From the NCBI GenBank assembly GCA_030324005.1, contig JARDVH010000140.1, positions 31,667,959 to 31,731,958 of the forward strand: a stretch of 64,000 bases of DNA, written 5' to 3'. The notes beneath the pieces are model-generated. The model saw only the letters and a list, made by a program, of their open reading frames with translations, made no database searches and had not been told where the DNA came from. The stretch is from Negaprion brevirostris (taxonomy: Eukaryota). The translations under genes were made by a program, and so were the position numbers. Below are positions 62,416-64,000 of this stretch, one piece after another (the stretch's first letter is position 1; every line of letters begins with the position of its first letter).

Positions 62416-63035
62416 AACTCCTCGAGTCCTGGTAATGCTCAGCCGATGGATCTTTGACTATGGTTTCCATCTCTCATCCTTCTTGAAAATGAGAACTGTG
62501 TTTGCCTATGCCAGCATGCCTCATGTAATCCCATTGCTCATAGACTCTGAAAACTATGGTTTAAAAGGGGAAACAGCTGAGGGATATCTTTGCTATTTTT
62601 CTGATATACTCTTGTCTGGTGTATTTTTTGTTTTTTCTATATTTCTTGTCTCATTATGGGGAGTGTTGCTGAATGGGTACACAGCAATGGAGATAGAGCT
62701 CGGAACCTTTTAGCTATTTAAATGTCTGTGTGATAATATTGCTAAGGCATCAACAAATGAAATGAGTTACCAGTGAGAAAATATCTTTAAGACAAAGCCT
62801 GGACATTTGCAATTACAGTAGTCCATAGTTTGAATGAGTGGCTAAATTATTGCAGGATTGGATTCCACTAGGTCCTTGCAGTTTCAATTTTATTTTCATT
62901 TGTTATATTAATGGATATTTTATACACAGCAGGAAACCAATATTTCGCAAGTGATTACAGGGCTTCACTACACTGTTCATGATCTTTTGAACAATCATTT
63001 TACTTTGCAACAACTCTGTGAGAAAAGAATATAGC

Positions 63036-63331
63036 CTCACAACACCAGGTTAAAGTCCAACAGGTTTATTTGGTAGCAAAAGCCACTAGCTCNNNNNNNN
63101 NNNNNNNNNNNNNNNNNNGTGGGATTTCAGTTCACAAATAGGGCATATAAAGAGTTTGAGTTTGTGTCTTTATATGCCCTGTTTGTGAACTGAAATCCCA
63201 TTCACCTGACGAAGGAGCAGCACTCCAAAAGCTAGAGGCTTTTGCTACCAAATAAGCCTGTTGGACTTTAACCTGGTGTTGTGAGACTTCTTACTGTGTT
63301 TACCTCAGTCCAGCACCAGCATCTCCACATC
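63036..63331. mobile_element. Penelope-like element terminal repeat in foldback (inverted) arrangement
   Basis: 63036-63091 is the near-perfect reverse complement of 63230-63285, and 63119-63153 of ~63168-63201. Confidence 0.8.
63203..63237 (+). ncRNA. Minimal type I hammerhead ribozyme motif (mutated copy)
   Basis: cac-CTGACGA-a-GGAG-cagca-CTCC-aAAA-GC-TA-gag. Shows the CUGANGA core, a 4-bp stem II, GAAA mutated to AAAA, and a palindromic AGCT stem III. Confidence 0.65.
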
Positions 63332-63411
63332 AGAAAAGAATGTGACAGAGAGGTTAGATGTTGACTTTGTTCATTAGTTGATGGCGAATGGACAGCCTGT
63401 TTGAAGTCACT

Positions 63412-63716
63412 GGGGCAGCACAATGGCAGAGCACCAGCGACCTGGGTTCGATTCCTGGCTAGGGTCACTGTCTGTGTGGAGTTTGCATGTTCTCCCCGTG
63501 TCTGTGTGTGTTTCCTCCAGGTGCTCTGGTTTCCTCCCTCAGTCCAAAGATGTGCGGGTTAGTTGGATTGGCCATGATAAATTGCCTCATTGTATCAGGG
63601 GGACTAGCTAGGGTAAATACATGGGATTATGGGGATAGGGCCTGGGTGGGATTGTGATGGTGCAGACTCGATGGGCCGAATAGCCTCCTTCTGCAGTGTA
63701 GGATTCTATGATTCTT
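63412..63716 (+). mobile_element. V-SINE (HE1-like)
   Basis: B box gggttcgattcc, V domain, and tail gatgggccgaatagcctccttctgcagtgtaggattctatgattc. Confidence 0.9.
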
Positions 63717-64000
63717 TGATAATATGAATAACAGGCAATTGAATAGAAACTACCCACTTTAAACTACAGCAAATCTAGCCAAACCCAGACTGGACTGTGA
63801 CCGCTAGGAGGGTGTGGGCATTTCAAATACTGAGGAAAGGTGGGATTCAGTCTACAATTGCTGGTTACAGAGCCTGCTGTTACTTAGACCCCACTTCATA
63901 AATAAAACAGATGATTGGTGAACATCCTCAGTGTTGTTGTCAATCTTGTGAGTTACAGACAGCTTAGATCTGGTTAAACAGACGGAATACTCGTAACCTG

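Noticed and set aside
50500-64000. Possible exons of a downstream neighbouring gene
   Set aside because: No ORF with recognisable non-TE protein motifs and matching splice sites was found.

Overview
Vertebrate genomic DNA, almost certainly from a shark, judged by HE1-type V-SINEs, CR1/HER1-type LINEs and shark-type Penelope ends. It is a gappy draft with many N runs. Bases ~1.6-50.5 kb on the + strand hold the 3' half of a RIM-binding protein gene most like TSPOAP1 (RIMBP1/BZRAP1). I traced 14 phase-compatible coding exons covering the third FN3 domain, a long acidic linker, SH3-2, SH3-3 and a polybasic tail. A candidate stop-containing cassette exon would swap that tail for a PP1-type RVxF ending. 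The rest is introns and intergenic DNA full of decayed CR1, L2 and Penelope LINE fragments, V-SINEs, DeuSINE pieces and Harbinger-like MITEs. Notable oddities: (1) a ~250-bp foldback Penelope end carrying a minimal hammerhead-ribozyme motif; (2) a 3' UTR tandem repeat made from the gene's own last codons plus stop codon; (3) a LINE 5' end that appears to be a tRNA-like head fused directly to the endonuclease; (4) a perfect 33-bp templated inversion; (5) a minisatellite derived from a CR1 coding motif. All family assignments come from motif recognition, not database searches.
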